64,000 bases of DNA from Aulosira sp. ZfuVER01 (GTDB taxonomy: Bacteria > Cyanobacteriota > Cyanobacteriia > Cyanobacteriales > Nostocaceae). Location of the stretch: NCBI GenBank assembly GCA_034530615.2, contig JAVRCV020000052.1, positions 160,001 through 224,000 of the forward strand, given 5' to 3'. The notes under the pieces are model-generated. The model did no database searches, was not told the origin of the DNA, and worked only from the letters and a program-made list of their open reading frames with translations. Each line of letters starts with the position of its first letter. Positions within the stretch are counted from its first letter, which is position 1. Made by a program: the position numbers and the translations under genes. This document shows positions 19,106 to 28,339 of the stretch, piece by piece.

Positions 19106-19673
19106 TTTGGATATAATCTTGACGTGTCAATTATTACTTTTTGTTAAAATAAGAAATTTCTCTGAGATAACAAGAGAAATTAATACAAATTAGCAGCTAA
19201 AACTTCTACTGTAACGACCCGAAGACAAAAGGCTGTTCGGTGCAGTTGCGATCGCACCAATATTTCCCGGATTTATTGCTCTTAGTTCTCAAACCAAAGC
19301 TTCCCTTTGTTAAGAGGCTGTAGAGGCGGTTTGAGCGAGAACTTAGTGCATGGATGAACTAAATCGTAAACTTTCTGATCATCATTCAGGTGTTTTATTG
19401 GATCTACTTTGGCTTTAAGTTTATCGAGGTAGGCAACGATGCGGTGTTATTCACAAAGAAGAGGAAGATAAACAGCGCTGAACGAATTACGCCTAGTCTT
19501 AATGTTAGAACACTAACGTTTGGGTTAATTGTACTCATAATTCAAGAATTCAGAACCATAACTCATTCTCAATCAATAACTTCTCTGAACGCCTCAACCC
19601 TAATGACTTCTAAAAATTGAGGCGAGAGGTAGTGTGCCAGTTAGTAAAGAACTTTATTGTTTGCGATCAAAAA

Positions 19674-20165
19674 TTAAACTTGAAACCACGCTGTTAAAGC
19701 TACAGCCAAAGCATCTGCCGCATCATCTGGCTTGGGAATATCCTCTAAATTTAACTCCCGCGCTACCGCCTCTTGCACTTCGTACTTTTCAGCATTACCA
19801 TATCCCGTGAGCGCTTGTTTGATTTGAGCAGGGGTAAACTCCACATAAGGGAGACGACGCTGTGCTAACACTAACATGAGTACACCCCGGGCTTGTGCAA
19901 CCAGAATAGTACTTGACATACGATAAAAGAATAACTTCTCAATCGCAACCAAGTCAGGTTGCAACTCTTCCATCAGGGTGTGCAAATCGTCAAATAAGGT
20001 ACATAACCGTTGTCCCATTTCCTCATCCGCAGGCGTAGTGATAACGCCAAAATCTAGCATCTGAACGGTTGTGTCTTGGATCTTAGCTGGATTTTGTTTG
20101 CAGGTAATTACCCCAAATCCTAAAATCGCCAGCCCTGGGTCTAATCCTAAAATGCGTTTTTCCAT
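19674..20165 (-). CDS. ruvC: Holliday junction resolvase RuvC
   Basis: [36 protein letters not shown]. Confidence 0.95.
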   Translation of the reverse strand: MEKRILGLDPGLAILGFGVITCKQNPAKIQDTTVQMLDFGVITTPADEEMGQRLCTLFDDLHTLMEELQPDLVAIEKLFFYRMSSTILVAQARGVLMLVLAQRRLPYVEFTPAQIKQALTGYGNAEKYEVQEAVARELNLEDIPKPDDAADALAVALTAWFQV

Positions 20166-20326
20166 TCGATTCACTTTTACCACACAAGGTGTTTTCTGAC
20201 TGGGAATGCTGGCAACTTTGACGACTTACTCAAAGTCTATAGGAATGAAAAATTGTACTTGGTGTTTTAACCAGGTAGTGTACATTTTCTGTTAATTATT
20301 ATTTGTCCCACTGCTCTGAATCAGGT

Positions 20327-21697
20327 ATGTCAATTGGTTTTCTCAGACAAGCCCTCCACGCTCTGCAACAGCAGTCGCGTAGCCGCACTTCCCATCGGGT
20401 GAACCAGTGGTTCAAGTGGTTATCCCCAGGATTATCAGTCAAACGTTGGTTACTAATCAGTGTTGGTGGTGTGTTGCTGGCGAGTCTGGGGTTGGCGATT
20501 TGGATTAAGCTGACCCCAATTTTTTGGGCAATAGAATTGCTTAGGGGGTTTCTGGGATTCCTCGCTGAAATCTTACCCAACTATATCAGTGGCCCTTTAG
20601 TACTGCTGTGCGGCTTATTATTGCTGCTTTGGGGGCAAACTCGTACCGTAGGCTCAATTACTAAAGTACTCAGGCCAGAAGGCGAAGAAGAACTGATTGA
20701 TGTCCTGTTGGCACATCACCGATTGTACCGAGGTCCAAAAATAGTGGTGATTGGCGGTGGTACAGGTCTTTCGACTTTACTGCGGGGGCTGAAAACCTAC
20801 AGCGCTAATATTACTGCGATTGTAACTGTAGCTGATGATGGTGGGTCTTCGGGGCGTTTACGCCAAGAATTTGGCGTGCTACCACCAGGAGATATTCGCA
20901 ATTGTTTGGCAGCATTAGCAGATGAAGAAAAGTTACTCACAGAATTGTTCCAATACCGCTTTCGGGCTGGGGATGGTTTAAGCGGTCATAGTTTTGGAAA
21001 TTTATTTTTAACGGCGATGAGTGATATTACTGGGGATTTGGAACGAGCTGTGGCAGCTAGTTCTAAAGTCCTGGCAGTCCGAGGGCAAGTTTTACCAGCT
21101 ACTCTCAGTGATGTTCGTCTTTGGGCAGAATTAGCCGATGGTCGCCGGATTGAGGGAGAATCTAGCATTCCCAAGGCTGGCGGTAGAATTGTGAAAATTG
21201 GCTGTATTCCTGCTAACCCCCCAGCTTTACCAGCAGCTATTAAAGCAATTAAAGAAGCTAATTACATTATTATTGGCCCTGGTAGCCTTTATACAAGTTT
21301 AATTCCTAATTTATTAGTACCAGAAATTGCTGATGCGATCGCCCAAACAGAAGCTCTCCGCATTTATGTCTGCAATATTATGACTCAACCAGGGGAAACT
21401 GAAGGATACACTGTTGCCGACCATATCAGAGCAATTGATGCGGCTACTGGGAATAGGCAGCTATTTGATGCTGTATTGGTACACAAAAAATCTCCTTCTG
21501 CTAAGTCACTGATTCGCTACGCTCAACAAAATTCCCACCCCGTCTTTTTAGATCGAGAAGATGTAACTCTTTTAGGGCGTAGAATTGTCCCAGCTAATGT
21601 TTTGTTTGAAGATGAAACAGGCTATGTTCGTCACAATCCCGAGAAACTAGCAAAAGTATTATTGCGGTGGTACAGTGGAGCGCATCATGGCAAATAA
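20327..21697 (+). CDS. YvcK/CofD-like (UPF0052) protein with N-terminal membrane anchor
   Basis: [45 protein letters not shown]. Confidence 0.9.
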   Translation: MSIGFLRQALHALQQQSRSRTSHRVNQWFKWLSPGLSVKRWLLISVGGVLLASLGLAIWIKLTPIFWAIELLRGFLGFLAEILPNYISGPLVLLCGLLLLLWGQTRTVGSITKVLRPEGEEELIDVLLAHHRLYRGPKIVVIGGGTGLSTLLRGLKTYSANITAIVTVADDGGSSGRLRQEFGVLPPGDIRNCLAALADEEKLLTELFQYRFRAGDGLSGHSFGNLFLTAMSDITGDLERAVAASSKVLAVRGQVLPATLSDVRLWAELADGRRIEGESSIPKAGGRIVKIGCIPANPPALPAAIKAIKEANYIIIGPGSLYTSLIPNLLVPEIADAIAQTEALRIYVCNIMTQPGETEGYTVADHIRAIDAATGNRQLFDAVLVHKKSPSAKSLIRYAQQNSHPVFLDREDVTLLGRRIVPANVLFEDETGYVRHNPEKLAKVLLRWYSGAHHGK

Positions 21698-22175
21698 AAT
21701 TGTGCTAGCAGATGCAGAGGCTACCTTAAATTTAGGTATTACTTTTGGGCAATGCTTAAATGCTGGCAGTGTAATTTTACTGGAAGGTGATTTAGGTGCT
21801 GGCAAAACTACTTTAGTCCAAGGTATCGGCAAAGGTTTGGGGATTTGGGAACCGATTGTCAGTCCGACTTTCACAATTATTAATGAGTACACACAAGGAC
21901 GGGTTCCCCTTTACCACTTGGATTTGTACCGCTTAGAATCACAAGAAGTTGCTGCTTTAAACTTAGACTCATACTGGGAAGGCGTTGAGGTCACACCGGG
22001 AATTGTGGCCATCGAATGGGCAGAACGAATGCCCTACAAACCAGATAGTTATATTAGTGTCTATTTGACTTATGGTAATGAAGGCGATCGCCAAGCTCAA
22101 ATAACTTCATATAATTACTCTATTAGTGAAGTAATCGCCACTATTGCGACTGATTTAAATAACATTGAATTTTGA
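21687..22175 (+). CDS. tsaE: tRNA t6A biosynthesis ATPase TsaE (position of Anabaena hetY)
   Basis: [26 protein letters not shown]. Confidence 0.92.
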   Translation: MANKIVLADAEATLNLGITFGQCLNAGSVILLEGDLGAGKTTLVQGIGKGLGIWEPIVSPTFTIINEYTQGRVPLYHLDLYRLESQEVAALNLDSYWEGVEVTPGIVAIEWAERMPYKPDSYISVYLTYGNEGDRQAQITSYNYSISEVIATIATDLNNIEF

Positions 22176-22206
22176 TATTTTACAGTCCTGTAATTTTTGA
22201 TAAATT

Positions 22207-22251
22207 AGGCAGAAGGGAGTATTTTTTGTTTTCCCTTCTGCCTGATTTTTT
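22207..22251. terminator. Intrinsic terminator between convergent tsaE and patS
   Basis: aggcagaaggga ... tcccttctgcct 12-bp stem followed by a T-tract. Confidence 0.75.
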
Positions 22252-22318
22252 ACTAACGTATTGTCTTTTTTATTTCATTGAATTTTGGCAAATAGTCAAC
22301 AGAGAATCTAGAATTGTG

Positions 22319-22360
22319 CTATCTACCACTACCGCGCTCATCTGAACAATTAATTAACAT
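22319..22360 (-). CDS. patS: Heterocyst pattern inhibitor peptide PatS (MLINCSDERGSGR)
   Basis: Minus strand ATG TTA ATT AAT TGT TCA GAT GAG CGC GGT AGT GGT AGA TAG; C-terminal ERGSGR; GGGAGAG upstream; tsaE-patS-patatin-pyrC-lepB order as recalled for Anabaena PCC 7120. Confidence 0.95.
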   Translation of the reverse strand: MLINCSDERGSGR

Positions 22361-22588
22361 ATTGGTCTGCGTCTCTCCCAAAATTAACAGCATAAGTAAA
22401 CATCAGAAAATGGATGCATTATTGGCATCTACTATTTTTTGGCTGAAGTAATCACTAGTACATCAAGGCAGAAATAAAACTATCATTCAAAACAGCGTCA
22501 AATCCCAGATACTTTGCATTTTGATTACTTCATTTATACGGAATGGCTTCTCGCAGAGTATGGCATCATTATTTGCTGAAAATTGCTA

Positions 22589-22618
22589 ATCTACTGGCAA
22601 TATGCTTTTTCATCCTGA
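22589..22618 (-). promoter_or_regulatory. DIF1-like heterocyst-specific promoter upstream of patS
   Basis: TCAGGA-N18-GTAGAT on the minus strand, one mismatch to TCCGGA. Confidence 0.55.
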
Positions 22619-23128
22619 GATTACCTTGATAATTTGGATGTTTGATTTTATTGAAACGATTGTTGGGTAATTCCTGCTTAAATTTGTTAAACAGTAGTCA
22701 GCTATCTAGCTGTATTTGCCAAATACAACCCATAATTGTTTTTTAAATCACAGAGTTGAAGACTGTGTCATTTAAGCATATATAGATTTATCATTTTTTG
22801 AAAACAGAGTTTTTACAGAACAGATTTAAATTTATTTATCCAGGCTATATTTCTCTAATTGAGCCAAGCAATATTAAAATCCTGAAATACCGAAATCTTA
22901 GTGTGAAAGTTAAATAATATCAAAATTATTTCAGCATTATAACTTAGAGATATGCTTGTTATTTACATGGATATTCAATATTTATACAGAAAAATATAAT
23001 ATTAAGTCATGATTATTTTTATAGAATTAAATTGTTATCACTCACAAACAAGTTATTTTTCTATACAGGAATAGATATATTACTTAAATATCAATAAAAG
23101 TCATTCTTAAAATTCGTATAAATACGCG

Positions 23129-23154
23129 AAAATCTCGTATGCATACGAGATTTT
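23129..23154. terminator. Perfect 26-bp palindrome downstream of the patatin gene
   Basis: aaaatctcgtatg/catacgagatttt. Confidence 0.6.
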
Positions 23155-23207
23155 TCTGAATCTAATGTCTTGCTTTTTATTTCTAAATATCTTTCTCGGT
23201 GAATACA

Positions 23208-24389
23208 CTAGTTAATAGCAATAAAAGAGGCGATCGCCTCTTTTACATTAGGGCCTACATCATCTCTCGTATAGTAAGTATGTCCTTCATGAATAAATGT
23301 AGATGTAGCATTAATCAATTGTTGAATAACGTCTTGGTTAGCATCATCTATTTCTTCGCTGACTTTTTTACCTGTATATTTATTTTTTCGCTCTTCCGGT
23401 CGCAATATAATACGAGTATCTTTGTATGTCTCTCCTGATTTAGCCCTAAATCTCTCATTTAAATCAAACTGAAGGCGTAAATAACGTTGAGATTCATATC
23501 CACCCATAATTTGTCGGCAAATAGTGGTATCAATTTCAGAGCTAGGTTCCATAAAAATATCAGTAATATGTTGCGCCCAGTCTAGGGGCTTCCATTTGTG
23601 TACTTGCTCAAATTGATATGGTTCCCCAGTTTGACCAGTCCCAATAGAAAGGATGGAGATATCTTTCATCTGGATATTTTCTAGTTTATATTTGCGTTTC
23701 GTTTCTGGAGAGACAAGCCGATCTGAAGATTGACTTATTCTCATCACCAAACTCAGGGCGGCTAAACCCGGATTATTAGCTGATACTCCACCATCAATAT
23801 GAGGGAACACCCAGTTACCAAATTTCTCTTTATTAACAGGCTCTAATTTATAAGGTGGGAAGAACGTAGGAGCAGATGCAGAAGCGACACATATCTCCCA
23901 TAAATAACATTCATCATACCAACGGTATCCTAAATCTGGATGACAATTTGTAAAAAATGTAGTGTTGCGATAGAGCGTATCGTAAGCCAGAATCAAAAGA
24001 ATCGGACTTTCTATATCTTGTATTCGCTTATATCCCAACTTATCAATTAGGACTTGAATTAGCCCGTCATGAGAATATTTGCTTGGTGAAAATGCTTCGA
24101 TAATTTGTTGGACAAACGCTGGAAACATGTGATAGCGATTTTTGCGTTTGAGGGGAAATATCCGCTTACCTTCGTTGATATATAAATCAATCAGTTCTGC
24201 ACTTGTTTTACCCACAGCAATGCCTGCTGCTAAAATTGACCCAGTAGAAGTACCGGCAATTAAGTCGAAGTACTCATTTAAATTCTGACCTTTCTGCTTT
24301 CTAACCTGTTGCTCAACTTCTTGGAGGATGCGGGCTGAGATGACTCCACGCATACCGCCACCATCTAAACTTAAGATTTTGAAAGACAT
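23208..24389 (-). CDS. Patatin-like phospholipase
   Basis: LDGGGMRG, GTSTG, ASASAPTFFP, DGGV, SIGTG. Confidence 0.92.
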   Translation of the reverse strand: MSFKILSLDGGGMRGVISARILQEVEQQVRKQKGQNLNEYFDLIAGTSTGSILAAGIAVGKTSAELIDLYINEGKRIFPLKRKNRYHMFPAFVQQIIEAFSPSKYSHDGLIQVLIDKLGYKRIQDIESPILLILAYDTLYRNTTFFTNCHPDLGYRWYDECYLWEICVASASAPTFFPPYKLEPVNKEKFGNWVFPHIDGGVSANNPGLAALSLVMRISQSSDRLVSPETKRKYKLENIQMKDISILSIGTGQTGEPYQFEQVHKWKPLDWAQHITDIFMEPSSEIDTTICRQIMGGYESQRYLRLQFDLNERFRAKSGETYKDTRIILRPEERKNKYTGKKVSEEIDDANQDVIQQLINATSTFIHEGHTYYTRDDVGPNVKEAIASFIAIN

Positions 24390-24655
24390 ATTTATTCTCC
24401 TTATTTTTCCATATAGTGATTTTTGGATATAGTGCTTTAAGCATCACAAAATTTGCTGCTAGCAGAATTTATCGAGCAACTGAAAACCCAATAATTTAGG
24501 ATTGCAACTGATAAATTCTCTGCAAGCAACAAGTCTATACGCTGAAATCATCTCTAGCAATGGCGCTGGCACACCTAAACCTGGCCAGTACTACCGTAAC
24601 CTTGAGGTATAATGATTTATAGTTGTACAGTACGTAAGTTGGAACTAAATCTGAG

Positions 24656-25975
24656 CTACAAGAAAGTTAAAGCTTGACCGCGAACTTCTGTATTTAACTT
24701 GCCTTTGTCATAAACAATTTCACCACCAACAATAGTTGTGATAGCCCATCCAGTCAGGTCCCAACCTTCAAACGGACTCCAACCACATTTAGTTAAAAGT
24801 TCTTCACGCCGGACTGGGTGGTAAGTATTTAAATCTACAAGCACTAAATCAGCATCATAACCAGGAGCGATCGCACCCTTGTTAGGAATACAATATGCTT
24901 CAGCTACAGCTTTGGACATCCAATGCACAACTTGGGCAATTGTACACTTACCTTCCATAGCGGCAGTTAACATTACAGCTAGAGAAGTTTCTACCCCAGG
25001 CATTCCAGAAGGAGTATTGGGATATTCTTGAGCTTTTTCTGCTAAAGTGTGGGGTGCGTGATCTGTGGCGATAAAGTCAATTACACCATCTCGCAAAGCT
25101 TGCCAAAGGACTTGATTATCATGAGGCGATCGCAAAGGTGGATTCATCTGCGCTAAAGTGCCAATTTTTTCATAAGCACTAGTATTTAATAATAGATGCT
25201 GTGGTGTAACCTCTGCTGTCACCCAACTAGGTTTATCTTGACGCAGCAAATCCGCTTCTTCGGCGGTTGACATATGGAGAATATGGAGGCGACGCTGGTA
25301 TTTTTGAGAAAGTTTTAATGCCAGCTGAGTTGCCAAAAGTGCCGCTTGATTATCTTGAATCTGAGAGTGAATTGCCGGATCGTGAAGCCCAGAAAATTCT
25401 TGGCGACGTTGGTTAATTCTCGCTTGGTCTTCAGCATGAACGGCAATTAAGCGATCGCCCTGAGCAAATATTGCCTCCAAGGCTGCTTCTTGGTCAACTA
25501 ATAACTGACCATGCATTGACCCCATGAAAATCTTAATTCCTGGTGTTGGTTTGGCGGTCAGTAAATCTGGCAGATTCTCTGCTGTTGCCCCAATAAAAAA
25601 GCCATAATTAACTAAGCACTTAGTGGAGGCACGTTGTAGCTTATCGTCCAAAGTTTGTTGGTTAGTGGTCAGCGGACGTGTGTTGGGCATCTCCAAAAAG
25701 GAAGTTACTCCCCCTTTGGCGCAGGCACAACTGGCAGTAAACAAATCTTCCTTGTGTTCCAGTCCAGGTTCGCGGAAATGTACCTGCGGATCTATGACTC
25801 CCGGCAACAAAGTTAACCCAGCTGCGTCAATTTCTGTCGTAGGCGTTTGTGTTGAGATTTGGGGTGCAACTTCGACTATTTGGCGATCGCGCGTCAGCAC
25901 ATCCCCAACCATGAATTCACCATTAGGTAGAATTATACGGGCGCGACGAATCAGTAAACTTTTGGGAGATGACAT
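24656..25975 (-). CDS. pyrC: Dihydroorotase
   Basis: DPQVHFREPG, EMPNT, MNPPLR, IATDHAPH, GYDADL. Confidence 0.9.
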   Translation of the reverse strand: MSSPKSLLIRRARIILPNGEFMVGDVLTRDRQIVEVAPQISTQTPTTEIDAAGLTLLPGVIDPQVHFREPGLEHKEDLFTASCACAKGGVTSFLEMPNTRPLTTNQQTLDDKLQRASTKCLVNYGFFIGATAENLPDLLTAKPTPGIKIFMGSMHGQLLVDQEAALEAIFAQGDRLIAVHAEDQARINQRRQEFSGLHDPAIHSQIQDNQAALLATQLALKLSQKYQRRLHILHMSTAEEADLLRQDKPSWVTAEVTPQHLLLNTSAYEKIGTLAQMNPPLRSPHDNQVLWQALRDGVIDFIATDHAPHTLAEKAQEYPNTPSGMPGVETSLAVMLTAAMEGKCTIAQVVHWMSKAVAEAYCIPNKGAIAPGYDADLVLVDLNTYHPVRREELLTKCGWSPFEGWDLTGWAITTIVGGEIVYDKGKLNTEVRGQALTFL

Positions 25976-26221
25976 GGATTTAACAATATTCAGGTAGAGG
26001 ACTATGCATTACAGAGAACTATCTTTTTAGGTTAAACTTGGTTGCACTCTTAGTAGTCAATTTTTGCCGCAGGTGGAAAAAAAGTTTATTTTTAACTATG
26101 TATATTCCTGTAAAAATGGCAACATAACTATAAAAACCCAGTTCTCCTACTTAAGTCTCAAAAATATATAGTTCCCCTTGGCTAGTTAATCACAGCATCT
26201 TATCTTTACTTCAGTAATTTC

Positions 26222-26863
26222 ATGCAAAATCAAGTGTCTGATAAAAATTCTAGTCAACAACCCGATCATTCCTGGATTGCCGAGCTAGGTAGAACAGTTA
26301 TATTAAGCATAGTTCTAGCCCTAGGAATTCGTACTTTTGTTGCCGAAGCTCGCTGGATTCCCTCTGGCTCAATGGAACCCACCTTGCATGGTACTCCAAA
26401 CCAGTGGGAGGCAGACAAGATAATTGTAGATAAATTGAAGTACAAGTTTTCGCAACCACAACGGGGAGACATTGTGGTCTTTTCGCCTACAGACGAGCTA
26501 AAAAAAGAACAATACAATGATGCCTTCATTAAACGTGTAATTGGCTTACCTGGAGAAAAAGTAGAACTCAGGAATGGCAAAGTCTATATCAACAATAAAC
26601 CTCTCCCAGAAGACAAGTACCTTAGTAGCCAACAACGCACATTAATTGACGTTTGCACATCAGGACAGTCAGTTCCCTTCTTAGAAAAACCCCAGACCAT
26701 ACCCGCAAACTCATACCTAGTGCTGGGTGATAATCGTAATAGTAGCTACGATAGCCGTTGCTGGGGTGTTGTCCCGCAGCAAAATATTATCGGTCGTGCT
26801 GTGCTGCGTTTCTGGCCTCTTAATCATGTTGGTGGCATTGATAAGTCACCCCTATATCCGTAG
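26222..26863 (+). CDS. lepB: Signal peptidase I
   Basis: IPSGSMEPTL catalytic Ser, FIKRVIG Lys, GDNRNSSYDSR. Confidence 0.95.
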   Translation: MQNQVSDKNSSQQPDHSWIAELGRTVILSIVLALGIRTFVAEARWIPSGSMEPTLHGTPNQWEADKIIVDKLKYKFSQPQRGDIVVFSPTDELKKEQYNDAFIKRVIGLPGEKVELRNGKVYINNKPLPEDKYLSSQQRTLIDVCTSGQSVPFLEKPQTIPANSYLVLGDNRNSSYDSRCWGVVPQQNIIGRAVLRFWPLNHVGGIDKSPLYP

Positions 26864-27027
26864 TTAAAGATGATGTATTGATGAAAAAGCTTGGCTGTTG
26901 ATGGGCAGTTGAATAATTTTGCTAAATTTAAGTAAGAGCAGAGTTCTCAATTGGGGATTTTAGTGTTGAGATTTGCATCTAAAATCCCAATCCCTCAATA
27001 TAGCTACCCTCGCATTCATCTTGTTTA

Positions 27028-27813
27028 ATGCCGTACTTAGCAAGAATTTTACTCTATCCCATTAAGTCGTTTGATGGTGTAGAAGTTGAGAACGTAAAAG
27101 TTCTCTCTAGTGGTTCGTTAGAATATGACCGTGAATTTGCCATTTTTGATGAGGGCGGTAATGTCGTCAATGGCAAACGCCATGCCAAAATTCATTTATT
27201 GCGAGCAAAATTTGCACTCTTAAATAGAACTATATCTCTGCAAATTCCGGACAGTAACTCGCTACAAGTCTTTCATCTGGATAGGGAACAGCAGGCGCTA
27301 GAAGCAACTTTGAGTGATTTTTTTGGTTTTGCTGTGAGATTACAACAAAATTCACTCTCTGGTTTCCCCGATGATCTCAATTGTTCCGGGCCAACGGTAA
27401 TTAGTACAGCAACTTTGACAGAAGTAGCTTCCTGGTTTCCGGGTATGAGTGTTGAACAAATGCGCCGACGGATGCGTGCGAATATTGAAATTGACGGTGT
27501 ACCAGCGTTTTGGGAAGATCGGTTATTTAGTAGCCGAAGCAATGAAACAATCTCCTTTCGCATAGGAAACGTCTGTTTTTTTGGAATTCAGCCTTGTCAA
27601 CGCTGCATAGTGCCAACACGCGATCCTGATTCAGGACAAGCTGACGCCAACTTTCAAAAAATATTTGTCAAACAGCGACAAGCAACTTTGCCAGATGGGG
27701 TGGCTTCATCCCGGTTTAACCACTTTTACAGATTGAGTGTCAATACAAGAGTATCTGCCTCATCATCTGCCAGAATGTTGCAAATTGGTGACGAAATCGC
27801 AATATTTTCTTAA
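27028..27813 (+). CDS. MOSC domain protein
   Basis: YPIKS, DREFA, RMRANI, PCQRCIVPT. Confidence 0.85.
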   Translation: MPYLARILLYPIKSFDGVEVENVKVLSSGSLEYDREFAIFDEGGNVVNGKRHAKIHLLRAKFALLNRTISLQIPDSNSLQVFHLDREQQALEATLSDFFGFAVRLQQNSLSGFPDDLNCSGPTVISTATLTEVASWFPGMSVEQMRRRMRANIEIDGVPAFWEDRLFSSRSNETISFRIGNVCFFGIQPCQRCIVPTRDPDSGQADANFQKIFVKQRQATLPDGVASSRFNHFYRLSVNTRVSASSSARMLQIGDEIAIFS

Positions 27814-28339
27814 CATTATTAATCTTTCTTAAAAGAGAAAATTAAAAAGTAAAAATATCCAAAATTTCTTTACTTTTTAATGGTCTATATTATCTAGTAA
27901 TTTTCCCAGTTTTGTAATTGAATATGTATGATTGTTTGCCAAAAACCAGAGTTTTAGAGACTTGGTACTTCAGAGCAAAACAATTCAAAATTGACTTAGC
28001 TTTCTGGTGTCAATTGTGACAGTCAATCCAAAACTGGATACTGTAGTTAATTGGTTAAATTTCAACCAATATGGATGCGAATACCAATGAGTGTAAACAT
28101 AATTTTGCACTTCATCGGAGAAAATATGCTGATACCCACCAGAGAAAACTCAGCAAATTAGCCTGTTATAACACAAATTGAAAATTGAGTAGGGGAGGAA
28201 CTGAGTTACCAAAAAAATTTTTAAAATAAATTAGTGCTATTTTTTATACAGAATTAGACAAAATGCTTCATGGCATTTTTCTAAAAAAAGTAGTACTAAT
28301 CCTGATAATACTTGTAGCTTATATGGCAAAACCCCCATA

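Noticed and set aside
19674..20165. RuvC as TnpB/Cas12-like nuclease
   Set aside because: Short canonical resolvase with no zinc finger, transposon ends or array
22712..22726. NtcA site upstream of patS
   Set aside because: Spacing is GTA-N9-TAC, not N8
23208..24389. Patatin as a CBASS CapV-like defence effector
   Set aside because: No CD-NTase or other CBASS gene nearby; the gene sits in the patS-pyrC core context
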